A stretch of DNA of 64,000 nt from Gammaproteobacteria bacterium (GTDB taxonomy: Bacteria; Pseudomonadota; Gammaproteobacteria; JASBUN01), in NCBI GenBank assembly GCA_037385045.1, contig JARRNJ010000023.1, forward strand, positions 13,688-77,687, given 5' to 3'. Shown here one piece after another: positions 28,539 through 38,368 of this stretch. The notes beneath the pieces are model-generated. The model saw only the letters and a list, made by a program, of their open reading frames with translations. It had not been told where the DNA came from and searched no databases. The position numbers and the translations under genes are program-made. Every line of letters starts with the position of its first letter. Position 1 is the first letter of the stretch.

Positions 28539-29243
28539 TCACAGCTCACCCGAATCGCCGTCGGCGGACGGCGCCAGGGGCTGTATCAGGTTGGACCCAT
28601 CGCGGGCCGGATTGTTGACCGCCGCCGCGACCGGGTACGCGGTCATTTCCTCGTCCGGGCAGGGAACCAGCAGCGCCTGCAGAGCGGCGGCGCCCGTTTC
28701 CCCATCCAGCCAGGCATCGTAGTGCGCCGGCGACACGATCACCGGCATGCGGTTGTGCACCGGCCGTACCACCGCATTGGCTTCGGTGGTGACGATGACG
28801 CAGGACTCGATGGGATTGCCCCCGCTCTCGGACGGCACCCAGCGTTCCCACAGCCCGGCGAACGCGAACGGGCGGCGGTCCCGGCGTCCCACCCAGTAAG
28901 GCTGCTTGCCGGCGGCCAGTTTTTTCCATTCATAAAATCCGTCCGCGGCGATCAGGCAGCGCCGGCGGCGGAACGCGGCGCGAAACGCCGGTTTGTCGGC
29001 CAGGGTTTCCGCGCGGGCGTTGATCAGGCGGTTGCCGATGGCGGTATCCCTGGCCCATGAGGGAATCAGCCCCCAACGCAACAGCTCCAGGCGCCGCGGC
29101 CCGGCATGATCCCGGCGTATTACCGGCACCGGTTGGCTCGGCGCGATGTTGTAACGCGGTTTCAGGTCCGCCGGAACCGATGCCACGCCGAAGTGCTCGG
29201 CGACCAGCGCAGGCTCCGCGCTCAGGGTGTAGCGGCCGCACAT
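28539..29243 (-). CDS. SOS response-associated peptidase (SRAP/YedK/HMCES family)
   Basis: N-terminal MCGRY, RYNIAPSQ, WGLIP.W, INARAET, DGFYEW, H.RMPV. Confidence 0.95.
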   Translation of the reverse strand: MCGRYTLSAEPALVAEHFGVASVPADLKPRYNIAPSQPVPVIRRDHAGPRRLELLRWGLIPSWARDTAIGNRLINARAETLADKPAFRAAFRRRRCLIAADGFYEWKKLAAGKQPYWVGRRDRRPFAFAGLWERWVPSESGGNPIESCVIVTTEANAVVRPVHNRMPVIVSPAHYDAWLDGETGAAALQALLVPCPDEEMTAYPVAAAVNNPARDGSNLIQPLAPSADGDSGEL

Positions 29244-29313
29244 GCCGGCAGTATATCCCACGAAACCCCCTGCGTGCGGCGTCTATGCTTGGGATAACCG
29301 CTTGGGTGAGCGC

Positions 29314-31041
29314 ATGCCGGTACACAACGAAGAAATCGCCGTCATTTTCGACGAAATGGCCGACCTGCTGGAGATCGAGGAGGCCAATCCGTTCCGGGTG
29401 CGCGCTTACCGTAACGCGGCACGCACTGTGCGCAGTCTTGGCCGGGAGCTCAGCGCACTGGTGGCCGAGGGCAAGGATCTCACTGAGCTTCCCGGCATCG
29501 GCAAGGATCTGGCGGAAAAGATCGGTGAGATACTCGAAACCGGCACCGCCCGCGCATTGCGCGACCTGCACAAGCAGGTGCCGGCAGGGCTGGAGCAGTT
29601 GCTGCAGATTCCCGGACTCGGGCCCAAGCGGGTCCAGGCCTTGTACCGGGATCTGGGCGTCAAGACCCTCAAGCAGCTGGAGAAGGCGGCCCGCCAGGGC
29701 CGGGTGCAGGAGCTGCAAGGCTTCGGCGCCAAAACCCAGCAGGGGATCCTTGACGCCATCGCCGCCCACCGGGTGAGCGAGCGGCGCTTCCTGCTCAATA
29801 CCGCGGCCGTCTACGCCGAGCCGCTGCTGGAGTATCTGCGCGGCACACCGGGTGTCGACCAGGTGGTGCCGGCCGGCAGTTACCGGCGCGGCCGCGAAAC
29901 GGTGGGCGATCTGGATATCCTGGTGACGGCGTCCGCACCGGGAGCAGTGATGGAGCGGTTCGCGGGCTACGACGAAGTGGAGCAGGTGGTCTCCAAGGGC
30001 ACCACCCGCTCCACGGTGATCCTGCGCGGCGGCCTGCAGGTGGACCAGCGGGTCGTGGAGGACGCCAGCTTCGGGGCGGCGCTGCATTATTTCACCGGCA
30101 GCAAGGACCACAATATCCAGATCCGCCGGCTGGGCCAGCAGCGCAAACTCAAGATCAACGAATACGGCGTGTTTCGCAACCAGAAGCGGATCGGCGGCGA
30201 CACCGAGGAATCCGTGTTCGCCGCCGTCGACCTGCCGTTCATCCCGCCGGAGCTGCGCGAGGCCCGCGGCGAGGTGGAGGCGGCGCGGGCCGGGCGCCTG
30301 CCGCGGCTGGTGGAACTGGCAGATCTCCAGGGCGATCTGCACGCCCATACCGATGCCACCGACGGCCGCGAGCCCCTGCAGGCCATGGTCGAGGGTGCGC
30401 AGCAGCGCGGTTTGAAATACCTGGCCATCACCGATCATTCCCGGCACCTGACCGTGGCCAGGGGCCTGGACAAGCGGCGCCTGCTGCAGCAGATCGACGC
30501 CATCGACGGTATCAACGAGCGCGTCAGGGGCATCACCGTGCTCAAGGGGATCGAGGTGGATATCCTGGAAGACGGCAGCCTCGATCTTCCCGACGACGTG
30601 CTGCAGCGTCTGGATCTGGTGGTGGGCGCCGTGCACAGCCAGTTCCGGCTGCCGCGCGCCCGCCAGACCGGGCGCATTCTGCGGGCCATGGACCAACGCT
30701 ATTTTTCCCTGTTGGCGCATCCCTCGGGCCGGTTGCTGGGTGAGCGCGACGCCTACAATGTGGACATGGAGCGGGTGATCCGCCATGCCGGCGAGCGCGG
30801 CTGCTATCTGGAGCTCAACAGCCAGCCCCAGCGCCTGGATCTCACCGACGTGTACTGCCAGATGGCCCACGATGAAGGGGTGCTGGTCAGCATCAACAGC
30901 GATGCCCACGCGGCGTCGGATTTCGATGGACTGCGCTTGGGCATCAGCCAGGCGCGGCGCGGGTGGCTGGAAAAGCGCGATGTGCTCAACGCGCGGCCTC
31001 TGGCGCAGTTGCGCAAACTGCTGCGGCGGACCATGGGTTGA
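29314..31041 (+). CDS. polX: DNA polymerase X / PHP 3'-5' exonuclease
   Basis: NPFRVRAY, HhH motifs, GSYRR.RETVGDLD, YFTGSK.HN; PHP motifs DLHAHT, ITDHS, AHP.GR, NSDAH. Confidence 0.96.
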   Translation: MPVHNEEIAVIFDEMADLLEIEEANPFRVRAYRNAARTVRSLGRELSALVAEGKDLTELPGIGKDLAEKIGEILETGTARALRDLHKQVPAGLEQLLQIPGLGPKRVQALYRDLGVKTLKQLEKAARQGRVQELQGFGAKTQQGILDAIAAHRVSERRFLLNTAAVYAEPLLEYLRGTPGVDQVVPAGSYRRGRETVGDLDILVTASAPGAVMERFAGYDEVEQVVSKGTTRSTVILRGGLQVDQRVVEDASFGAALHYFTGSKDHNIQIRRLGQQRKLKINEYGVFRNQKRIGGDTEESVFAAVDLPFIPPELREARGEVEAARAGRLPRLVELADLQGDLHAHTDATDGREPLQAMVEGAQQRGLKYLAITDHSRHLTVARGLDKRRLLQQIDAIDGINERVRGITVLKGIEVDILEDGSLDLPDDVLQRLDLVVGAVHSQFRLPRARQTGRILRAMDQRYFSLLAHPSGRLLGERDAYNVDMERVIRHAGERGCYLELNSQPQRLDLTDVYCQMAHDEGVLVSINSDAHAASDFDGLRLGISQARRGWLEKRDVLNARPLAQLRKLLRRTMG

Positions 31042-31146
31042 CTCCGGTCCCTGCGCCGGGCCTGGCGGCGGCTACACTTGGTGATGCATGAACAGCGGGC
31101 TGCCGGCCGTGCGCACCCGCAGATACCCTGACAGGAGAAAGGTTCC

Positions 31147-31602
31147 ATGACGATCGGCGAACTGTGTAACCGGGAAGTGGTGGTGGCGGAGAGGACGGAG
31201 ACCGTCGTCGAAGCGGCGAAACTGATGCGCCGCCACCACGTGGGCGATCTGGTAGTGGTGGAAGAGCGTAGCGGTCAGCGGGTTCCGGTAGGCATCGTCA
31301 CCGACCGGGATCTGGTGGTCGAGGTCGTGGCCGAAGAGGTGGCGCCCGGGCAGGTCACCGTCGGCGATGTCATGAGCACCGAGTTGATTACCGTGTTCGA
31401 ACACCAGGATGCCGCCGACGCCATGGAACGCATGCGCAGCGGCGGCGTGCGGCGCATTCCGGTGGTCGACGACCAGGGGGTGTTGCAGGGCATCATCACC
31501 GTCGACGACCTGGTGGACCTGTTCGCCGAGCAGATGCAGGAACTCGCCAAGTTGATACGTCGCGAACGACAGCGGGAGCAGGACAACCGGAGTATGCCCT
31601 GA
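31147..31602 (+). CDS. CBS domain-containing protein
   Basis: AAKLMR.HHVG.LVVV, PVGIVTDRDLV, GVRRIPVV, GIITVDD. AGGAG RBS. Confidence 0.93.
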   Translation: MTIGELCNREVVVAERTETVVEAAKLMRRHHVGDLVVVEERSGQRVPVGIVTDRDLVVEVVAEEVAPGQVTVGDVMSTELITVFEHQDAADAMERMRSGGVRRIPVVDDQGVLQGIITVDDLVDLFAEQMQELAKLIRRERQREQDNRSMP

Positions 31603-31632
31603 ACCGCCAGGTTCCCGAACTCGGTGGTCGCC

Positions 31633-33540
31633 TCAGCGGTGTTCGGCCGCGGCGGGCCGTGGGCCGGCGTCGGCGGCGGGTCCGGGACCGAGGCATTGGG
31701 CGATCTGGTCGCGGTGCAGGGTTTCGGCTTGTTCGAGCCGTGACACCAGCTGGTCGAATTCCTTGCGGTGTCCCTGGATGATTTCCGTCGCCTGGCGTTC
31801 GGCGTTTACCAGCAGGCCGTGCACCGCCTCGTCCACCGCCTGGGCGGAGTGTTCGCTGTAGCGCCGCGGCTGGGCGATTTCCCGGCCCAGGAAGGGATGT
31901 TCCTCGCTCTCGCGCAGATCCACGGGGCCGATCTCGTCCGACATGCCCCAGCGTCCCACCATGGCCCGGGCCAGGGCCGTGGCCTGGCGGATGTCGTCAT
32001 CGGCCCCCGAGCTGACGCTGCCGAGCAGGGTCTTCTCGGCGATGCGCCCGCCCAGCATCACCGCCAGGCGGTCGCGCAGGTATTCCTCGGGCAGCGTGTG
32101 CCGTTCCTCTTCCGGCATCTGCTGGGTGCCTCCCAGCGCCCGGCCGCGGGGGATGATGGTGACCTTGAACAACGGGTCCGCATAGCGCGAATAATACGCG
32201 ACCACGGTGTGGCCGGTCTCATGGACCGCGAGCCGGTGGCGTTCGTCGGGCTGGATGGCCAGCGTGCGTACGCTGCCGAGCAGCAGCTTGTCCCGGGACT
32301 CTTCGAAGTGATGCATGCTCACCTCGGTGCGCTTCTCCCGCGCCGCCAGCATCGCCGCTTCGTTTACCAGATTCTTGAGGTCGGCGCCGGAAAAACCGGG
32401 GGTGCCGGCGGCGATGTTGGCCAGGTCGACGTCGTCGTGCAGCGGCACTTTGCGGGTATGGACCCGCAGGATCGCTTCACGGTCCCTGCGGTCCGGCAGA
32501 TCGAGCGTCACGTGGCGGTCGAAGCGCCCGGGACGCAGCAACGCCGGGTCCAATACGTCGGGGCGGTTGGTCGCCGCCAGCACGATCACCGCCTCGTGAC
32601 CCGCAAAGCCGTCCATCTCGGCCAGGATCTGGTTCAATGTCTGTTCGCGCTCATCATGGCCGCCGCCCAGGCCCGTGCCGCGGGTGCGCCCGACGCTGTC
32701 CAGCTCATCGACAAAGATGATGCTGGGGGCATTCTTCTTGGCCTCTTCGAACAGCTTGCGCACCCGCGATGCGCCGACGCCGACAAAGACCTCGATGAAT
32801 TCCGAACCTGAGATGGAATAGAAGGGAACGCCCGCTTCGCCCGCCAGTGCCCGCGCGAGCAGCGTCTTGCCGGTCCCGGGCGCGCCCATCAGCAGCACGC
32901 CCCGCGGTACCTCCGCGCCAAGTTTGCCGAAGTCTTCGGGGTGGCGCAGGAATTCCACCAGTTCAGTGACTTCCCGCTTGGCGTTGTCCTGGCCGGCAAC
33001 ATCCTCGAACGTGACTTTCGGCACCTGGGCCTGTTTCGCCGGCGCTTCCAGGAATTTCTTCAGCTCACCGGGCCCGCCCAGTCGCCCGCCGAGGCTGCGC
33101 GAGGTCCGTTGAAAGATCCAATAGAAGAATCCCAACAAAAATATCCACGGCAGGAGCGCCAGCACGATGGACATCAGCGTGTGCTGACCGGTCTGGTCAA
33201 CCACCTTGACTTCCACCGACTGCGCCTCGAGCAGGGGCAGCAGCTGATTGTCGCCGAATGACGGGACACGGGTCTGGAAACGCTCCGCCGTCTGGCCTCG
33301 GGGGCCGATGGCTTTGGCACTGCGCAACCGCCCGCTTACCGTGTCACCCGCCAGGGTTACCTCACGTACGGCGCGGTCCTTGACCAACTGTTTGAACTGG
33401 CTGTAGGGGATGGTGTAGCTCGCCGGCTGCTGCGGCGCGCGGGCGAACACCAGATAGAGGGCCACCAGCACCGCGGCCAAAACCACGTACGTGCTCCAGG
33501 TGGGGTAGCGTTTGTTGTTGTCGTCCGGTTTGTCCGCCAT
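31633..33540 (-). CDS. ftsH: ATP-dependent zinc metalloprotease FtsH (probably a paralogue)
   Basis: Two TM helices, Walker [46 protein letters not shown]. Start uncertain (33540 or 33582). Confidence 0.95.
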   Translation of the reverse strand: MADKPDDNNKRYPTWSTYVVLAAVLVALYLVFARAPQQPASYTIPYSQFKQLVKDRAVREVTLAGDTVSGRLRSAKAIGPRGQTAERFQTRVPSFGDNQLLPLLEAQSVEVKVVDQTGQHTLMSIVLALLPWIFLLGFFYWIFQRTSRSLGGRLGGPGELKKFLEAPAKQAQVPKVTFEDVAGQDNAKREVTELVEFLRHPEDFGKLGAEVPRGVLLMGAPGTGKTLLARALAGEAGVPFYSISGSEFIEVFVGVGASRVRKLFEEAKKNAPSIIFVDELDSVGRTRGTGLGGGHDEREQTLNQILAEMDGFAGHEAVIVLAATNRPDVLDPALLRPGRFDRHVTLDLPDRRDREAILRVHTRKVPLHDDVDLANIAAGTPGFSGADLKNLVNEAAMLAAREKRTEVSMHHFEESRDKLLLGSVRTLAIQPDERHRLAVHETGHTVVAYYSRYADPLFKVTIIPRGRALGGTQQMPEEERHTLPEEYLRDRLAVMLGGRIAEKTLLGSVSSGADDDIRQATALARAMVGRWGMSDEIGPVDLRESEEHPFLGREIAQPRRYSEHSAQAVDEAVHGLLVNAERQATEIIQGHRKEFDQLVSRLEQAETLHRDQIAQCLGPGPAADAGPRPAAAEHR

Positions 33541-33956
33541 ATCCGCAGTTGGCGCCTGGGCGCCCGTCAAAGCCGGTTGCATTGTCCCTATCCTAGAGGG
33601 GGCGGGGGTCGGGTGCCAGCGAAATGCGCGGCCCGGCACTGGGTCGGGGGAGGACGTCCGCCTGCCACGGGATGATGAGCGGGCGCTGGAGGCCTTGGTC
33701 TAGACTTGAGTGGCGATGGACGACCCGCGGGGCGATCCGGTTTGCCGGAGCAAGGGGCGAAGGTGAAAGAGCAAAGCAAAAGCTTTTCGATGCGCGTTTT
33801 GCCCACGCCGGGCCGGCTGTTGGCAAAGGCCCCGGCCGGCCGCCAGGGCGCGTAGGTATTTTTACCAAGGCACAGCGCACTATTGTTTTGGTACGGTGCC
33901 AGCGTGGATGAGGCGGCACGGTGCCGGCCCCCAGAACCTGTATTGGAGAATCTGTC

Positions 33957-34463
33957 ATGACAGGACCCAGCAAACACCGCAACCAGCCGGGCGCAGGTCG
34001 GGGTGACCGCCTGCTGCGCGAATGGGTGCACGATCCGTACAAATCCAAGAGCAAGCTGCCGGAGCCCACCTTGTGCCCGCAGTGCGGGGCGGTGTTCCAC
34101 CGCGGCCGCTGGCAGTGGGCACGGGCGGAAGCCGGGGCCCATGAAACACTGTGCCCGGCATGCCACCGCACCAACGACGGGGTCCCGGCGGGCATCCTCA
34201 GCCTCAACGGCGAATTTCTGCACAAACATCGCGACGAGATCCTGCATTTGATCCGCAACCTGGAAGAAAAGGAAAAGGCCGAGCATCCGCTCAAACGCAT
34301 CATGAGCGAGGAACAGCAGGATGACGGCGGCCTGGTGATCAATTTCACCGACCCGCACCTGGCCCGCGCCGCCGGCGAAGGGGTGCACAACGCCTACGAG
34401 GGCGAGTTGGAGTTTCATTACACGGAAGGCGATACGCTGCTGCGCCTGCGCTGGGAACGCTGA
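33957..34463 (+). CDS. BCAM0308-family (NMD3-like) Zn-ribbon protein
   Basis: HDPY, PEPTLCPQCGAVF..GRW.W, LCPAC.R..D..PAG, EHPL.RIM, HLAR..GE...AY.G. GGAG RBS. Confidence 0.85.
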   Translation: MTGPSKHRNQPGAGRGDRLLREWVHDPYKSKSKLPEPTLCPQCGAVFHRGRWQWARAEAGAHETLCPACHRTNDGVPAGILSLNGEFLHKHRDEILHLIRNLEEKEKAEHPLKRIMSEEQQDDGGLVINFTDPHLARAAGEGVHNAYEGELEFHYTEGDTLLRLRWER

Positions 34464-34509
34464 TCGGCACCGGTTGCCATGGGCCGCGCCGGAGGTGCAG
34501 GAGGAGGGC

Positions 34510-35052
34510 GTGATCTCGGACTGGAATGTGGTGGCCACGGTTCAGGAGCACCGTTTCCGGCGCGCCTGGGAGTTTCTGCAGGCCTACGGTGCGGTGGCCC
34601 GCACCGATTATTTCAATGTCATCACGCTGCGGGTGGCGGAGACCGGGGAATTTCTCGAGCGGCTGCGCCGGGACCTGACGGCCGATGCGGCTGCCGCCGC
34701 GGCACTGGCGCGGGTGGTGCCGGTGACCACGGCGTTCGGTTTCCAGACCCCGGAGGAGTTCGAGGCGGCTGCGCGCCGGGCGGTGACGCCGTGGCTGTCG
34801 GAACTGGCCGGGTGCACTTTCCACGTGCGCATGCACCGACGCGGTTTCAAGGGTCGGCTGTCGAGCCAGGACGAGGAGCGGTTTCTCGACCGCTATGTGA
34901 TCGAGGGGCTGCTCCGCCGTGGCGCGGATGCATCGGTGTCCTTTGACGACCCCGATATCATCATCGCGGTGGAAACCGTGGGCCAGCGCGGCGGTGTGTC
35001 GCGCTGGGCGCGGGAACCGCGCCGCCGTTACCCGTTCCTGGGCCTGGACTGA
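34510..35052 (+). CDS. Stand-alone THUMP-domain protein
   Basis: WNVVATV, T.YFNV, TFHVRMHRRGFKG, VSFDDPDIIIAVETVG. GGAGGAGG RBS before GTG. Confidence 0.75.
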   Translation: MISDWNVVATVQEHRFRRAWEFLQAYGAVARTDYFNVITLRVAETGEFLERLRRDLTADAAAAAALARVVPVTTAFGFQTPEEFEAAARRAVTPWLSELAGCTFHVRMHRRGFKGRLSSQDEERFLDRYVIEGLLRRGADASVSFDDPDIIIAVETVGQRGGVSRWAREPRRRYPFLGLD

Positions 35053-35127
35053 CGCCGGAGTGACGGCTGCCGCAGCGTGCACGTGATGGGCAAGCGCCAC
35101 CCGGTTGGATGGGCCGGCGCCGGCCGA

Positions 35128-35529
35128 TCACTGGTCGGCAACGTGCTCCAGGTAGCGGCGCTGGCCTTGCTCCACGAGCCGTATGCGCTGTGCGCTGATC
35201 GTAATCGGCGAGGCCCGGCCGGCAAGGGTCAGCACGCACCCCACTTCGCCGCGGGCGTCGAGGGGGAGCGGAACGCGGTCGCGGTAGATGAAGCGGTTGT
35301 CATGAATTTCACCCGATGCCACCGTGCAGGGCCCGTCGGGCAGGACGCCCTCGACCGCGGCGTGTTCGAAAACCAGAGTGCCCGACTGGCGCCATTTGCT
35401 CTGTTGCGCCGAGCCGCCGAGGGAAACGTAGACGCAAAACTGCGCCAGCATCAGGGTGAGGTTGTCGCCGTCTGGTTCAATGGCGTCGATGTGCATATCC
35501 GGCAGTGCGAATTCGTTGCGCGTGGCCAT
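35128..35529 (-). CDS. Hypothetical protein
   Basis: 133-aa beta-rich ORF filling the gap; GGAG upstream. Confidence 0.65.
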   Translation of the reverse strand: MATRNEFALPDMHIDAIEPDGDNLTLMLAQFCVYVSLGGSAQQSKWRQSGTLVFEHAAVEGVLPDGPCTVASGEIHDNRFIYRDRVPLPLDARGEVGCVLTLAGRASPITISAQRIRLVEQGQRRYLEHVADQ

Positions 35530-35918
35530 GTCTCGATCGTTCTCCGCATGACGTTGAGTCGTGCCGCAGCGCCTCCTGCGCCGATTCCCGGATGCGAATC
35601 ATAGGACAAACGCTGCCGGCTGCCCAGCAACGTGCCGCTGTGGCCGCGATCATGGTGGCGAGGGCGATTGCCCGATCGCCGGGACCGGGGTCGGCGTCGA
35701 CTTTCCGGCGCGGCCAGGGTTGGATTTACAGGCGGCGCTGGCTATGGTTTTTTATAGGGATTGGCCCGGATGCAGTCGCCGCCGCGCAACGGCCGTGTGA
35801 TTCTGCGGGCCGCGGGCTCCGCCTTCCAATTGCCTGATCCGTCGCGTCGCGGGCTGCCGCCGGCGCCGCAACGGCGGCGGGTCGGGTGCTGATTGCAACC
35901 TCAAGGGGAGAAAGCTCT

Positions 35919-36485
35919 ATGCAATTGCCTTTGCAAATCACCTTCCGCGACCTACCGCAGTCCGACGCCCTCGAAGCCGCCATTCGCGAAAAGGCGGTCA
36001 AGCTGGAACAGTTTTATGACCGGATCATCAGCTGCCGGGTGGTGATCGAGGCTCCCCATCAGCATCGGCACAAGGGCAAGCTGTACCACGTACGCATCGA
36101 TCTCACGGTTCCCGGCGGCGAACTGGTCGTGAACCGCGCACCGGGCAAGCGCCAGGCCCATGAAGACGCCTACGTGGTCATCCGCGACGCGTTCGACGCG
36201 GCGCGACGACAGCTGGAAGGTTATGCGCGGCGCCAACGCGGCGACGTCAAGACCCACGAAGCACCCCCGCACGGCCGCATCACCGAACTGGCGGCGGAGC
36301 GCGGGTTCGGGCGCATCGCCACCACCGACGGGCGGGAGATTTACTTTCACCGCAACAGCGTGGTCGATGCGGCGTTCGATCAGCTCGAGGTCGGTCACGA
36401 GGTGCGTTTCACCGAGGAATCGGGTGATCAGGGGCCCCAGGCCAGCACGGTGCAGCGGGTGGGCAAGCACCATGTCGTGAGTTAG
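35919..36485 (+). CDS. HPF/RaiA ribosome-associated domain fused to a cold-shock domain
   Basis: MQLPLQITFR....SDALE, CRVVIE.PH, YVVIRDAFDAARRQL; CSD GFG.I...DG.EIYFHRNSV, V.F..E.G..GPQAS. AAGGGGAG RBS. Confidence 0.92.
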   Translation: MQLPLQITFRDLPQSDALEAAIREKAVKLEQFYDRIISCRVVIEAPHQHRHKGKLYHVRIDLTVPGGELVVNRAPGKRQAHEDAYVVIRDAFDAARRQLEGYARRQRGDVKTHEAPPHGRITELAAERGFGRIATTDGREIYFHRNSVVDAAFDQLEVGHEVRFTEESGDQGPQASTVQRVGKHHVVS

Positions 36486-37024
36486 CCACCTGGCACCTGC
36501 ACCCGCAGGGCCTGCAACCGGGCGGTGCTGGCCACCGCGAACGGCAGCTTCAGCCAATCGGTCAGGCGGTAGATGTCCGCCTGTCCTTCACGCCAGGCGT
36601 CGAGCACGTAGACGTGACTGCGGCCTGCGGGGGTCAGCAGCGCATCGCGGCGCACCTTTTTCGGATCGAACACCAGTACCGCATGGTGCTCGTGCCGGGT
36701 GCCGCCGTTGATGACAATGCCGGTCGCCTCCCAGCCCACGCGGCGGGCGGCGGGCGCCACGCCGTCGTAGACCAGCTGTTGCCACTGGTAACAAAGGCCG
36801 CGGTTGTCGCCCTTCCAGAAGTTCACCCACATGTTGCCCAGCCAGCCGCTGTGCCATTCGATGTTGGGATCCTCGTGAGCCGCTTCCACGGTGTGCTCGA
36901 ACGCGGCGTGAATGGTCTGCAGGGCGGGACTGCGCAGCTGCCCCGGGCGCAGCGGTACGGCGCTGCAGGCTGCCAGCAGCGCCAACGCGGCGAGCAGCCA
37001 GCCCAGGCGCCCAAATTGTGCCAC
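36482..37024 (-). CDS. Putative lipoprotein with a Cys-His-Asp (transglutaminase/papain-like) triad
   Basis: Lipobox LAAC; RGLCYQW, EHHAVLV, VLDAW. Confidence 0.7.
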   Translation of the reverse strand: MAQFGRLGWLLAALALLAACSAVPLRPGQLRSPALQTIHAAFEHTVEAAHEDPNIEWHSGWLGNMWVNFWKGDNRGLCYQWQQLVYDGVAPAARRVGWEATGIVINGGTRHEHHAVLVFDPKKVRRDALLTPAGRSHVYVLDAWREGQADIYRLTDWLKLPFAVASTARLQALRVQVPGG

Positions 37025-37118
37025 GCGATCATCAGCGCCGCATTCCGTGCGCGTCCTCACGTGCGTGGCCCTTGAACATCGATGACTATCCAGCCATGGG
37101 GCGTGGGCCGAGGGTTTA

Positions 37119-37385
37119 TCATGCCCGCCGGATGGCCTGCTCGATCCGGCTCATGGCCGCCTGCCAAGCGGGACTGCCGGTGGCGCCTTGCGCCATCACC
37201 TCCATCAGCCCATAGGCCAGGGCGCGGGTTTCGGCGTCCAATTCGCGCAGCTTGGTCAGTTTGAACAGGGAGCCGCTGTTGTCGATGGCGAGGGTGCTCA
37301 TGAGCGCGTAGAGCACCAGCGAGCGGGCAGCCCGGGGCTCCTGCTCGATCAGGGTGGCGACGTGATCCAGGGCCGAGGTATCCAT
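37119..37385 (-). CDS. Hypothetical helical protein (88 aa)
   Basis: Protein-like ORF; minus-strand TATAAT at about 37428-37433. Confidence 0.7.
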   Translation of the reverse strand: MDTSALDHVATLIEQEPRAARSLVLYALMSTLAIDNSGSLFKLTKLRELDAETRALAYGLMEVMAQGATGSPAWQAAMSRIEQAIRRA

Positions 37386-37547
37386 TCAGGGGACTCATGT
37401 GCGTTCGGGTTTGTGGCGTAGTTCGCGATTATATACCAGCCGGCCGCGGCTCCGGCGCTTCGCGGTTCGCGAAAAAGTCCGTATAATCGCTGGGCTGCCC
37501 CGCCTGCAGGCGGGGTTCCATTTGAACCGGCCAGTCGAGGTGTCGCC

Positions 37548-37823
37548 ATGAGTTTGATCACGGTCGAGCACAATCCATCCCCGGTAAAGCTCGACGCAAT
37601 GGGTGTCGACAGTTGGCCGATTTGGACCAAGGATGTCTCGACCTTCGGTTGGACCTATGACACCAAGGAAGTGTGCTATATCCTCGAGGGCGAGGCCGTT
37701 GTGACGCCCGACGGCGGCGAGCCCGTGACCATCACGGCGCGGGACCTGGTGAATTTCGCCCAGGGGTTGTCCTGCACCTGGCAAGTGGTTTCGCCGATCC
37801 GCAAGCACTATCTTGTCGATTGA
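37548..37823 (+). CDS. Cupin domain protein (DUF861/cupin_3)
   Basis: GV.SWPIW, F.W.Y...E.CY.LEG, G..CTW.V...IRKHY. GAGG RBS. Confidence 0.9.
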   Translation: MSLITVEHNPSPVKLDAMGVDSWPIWTKDVSTFGWTYDTKEVCYILEGEAVVTPDGGEPVTITARDLVNFAQGLSCTWQVVSPIRKHYLVD

Positions 37824-37932
37824 CTCCGCCCCGCGTCGAGGATGGTCTCCCAGGGCCGGCGTGCCGATCACGGCCGCCGCGCGGCCGGCGGCGCTTGGCG
37901 TGGACACTGTTGCATAACCAAGAGAGGAGAAT

Positions 37933-38217
37933 ATGTCGGCGAATATCGACGACTTGACGGTAGACTACACCGAGGACGGCGTGCTGGTGGTCAAGGAACT
38001 GGACAAGGAAGTGCTGACCAAGGGAGCCTGGTCGACCATCCTGTTCCGCTATCAGGACTGGGACCGGCAGAAGGGCGAATACGGTCCGGAAAAATACACC
38101 ATCCGCCGCTATCAGAAGCGCGGCGGCGAATACATGCAGAAGTCCAAGTTCAATATTTCCAGCCGCGACCAGGCGCGCCGGATCGTGGAGACGTTGCAGA
38201 AGTGGATCGACACCTGA
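37933..38217 (+). CDS. Hypothetical protein (94 aa)
   Basis: Strong AGAGGAG RBS, host-like codon usage; KELDK..L.KGAW.TI.F.Y, IRRYQK..G.Y. Confidence 0.8.
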   Translation: MSANIDDLTVDYTEDGVLVVKELDKEVLTKGAWSTILFRYQDWDRQKGEYGPEKYTIRRYQKRGGEYMQKSKFNISSRDQARRIVETLQKWIDT

Positions 38218-38368
38218 AGGCGCGCGCCGCGCGCTCACTTCGGTTTACCCGCCGGCGCCGCCAGCAGCGATCGTGCGAATCCGTCGATCCCTGCCGCCGC
38301 CCGGCCTCGGTACCCGGCGTATCCCCGCTGCTGATCCGGCTTGCGGGAACCCACGGTTGACCAAAGGC

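Noticed and set aside
29244-29313. LexA box for SRAP/polX
   Set aside because: No CTGT-N8-ACAG in the intergenic region.
28930-30909. 659-aa minus-strand ORF
   Set aside because: Antisense shadow of polX.
35530-35918. FNR box or sigma54 promoter upstream of HPF-CSD
   Set aside because: Only partial matches (e.g. CTGATTGCAACCTCAA; GG-N9-GC); spacing does not fit TTGAT-N4-ATCAA or GG-N10-GC.
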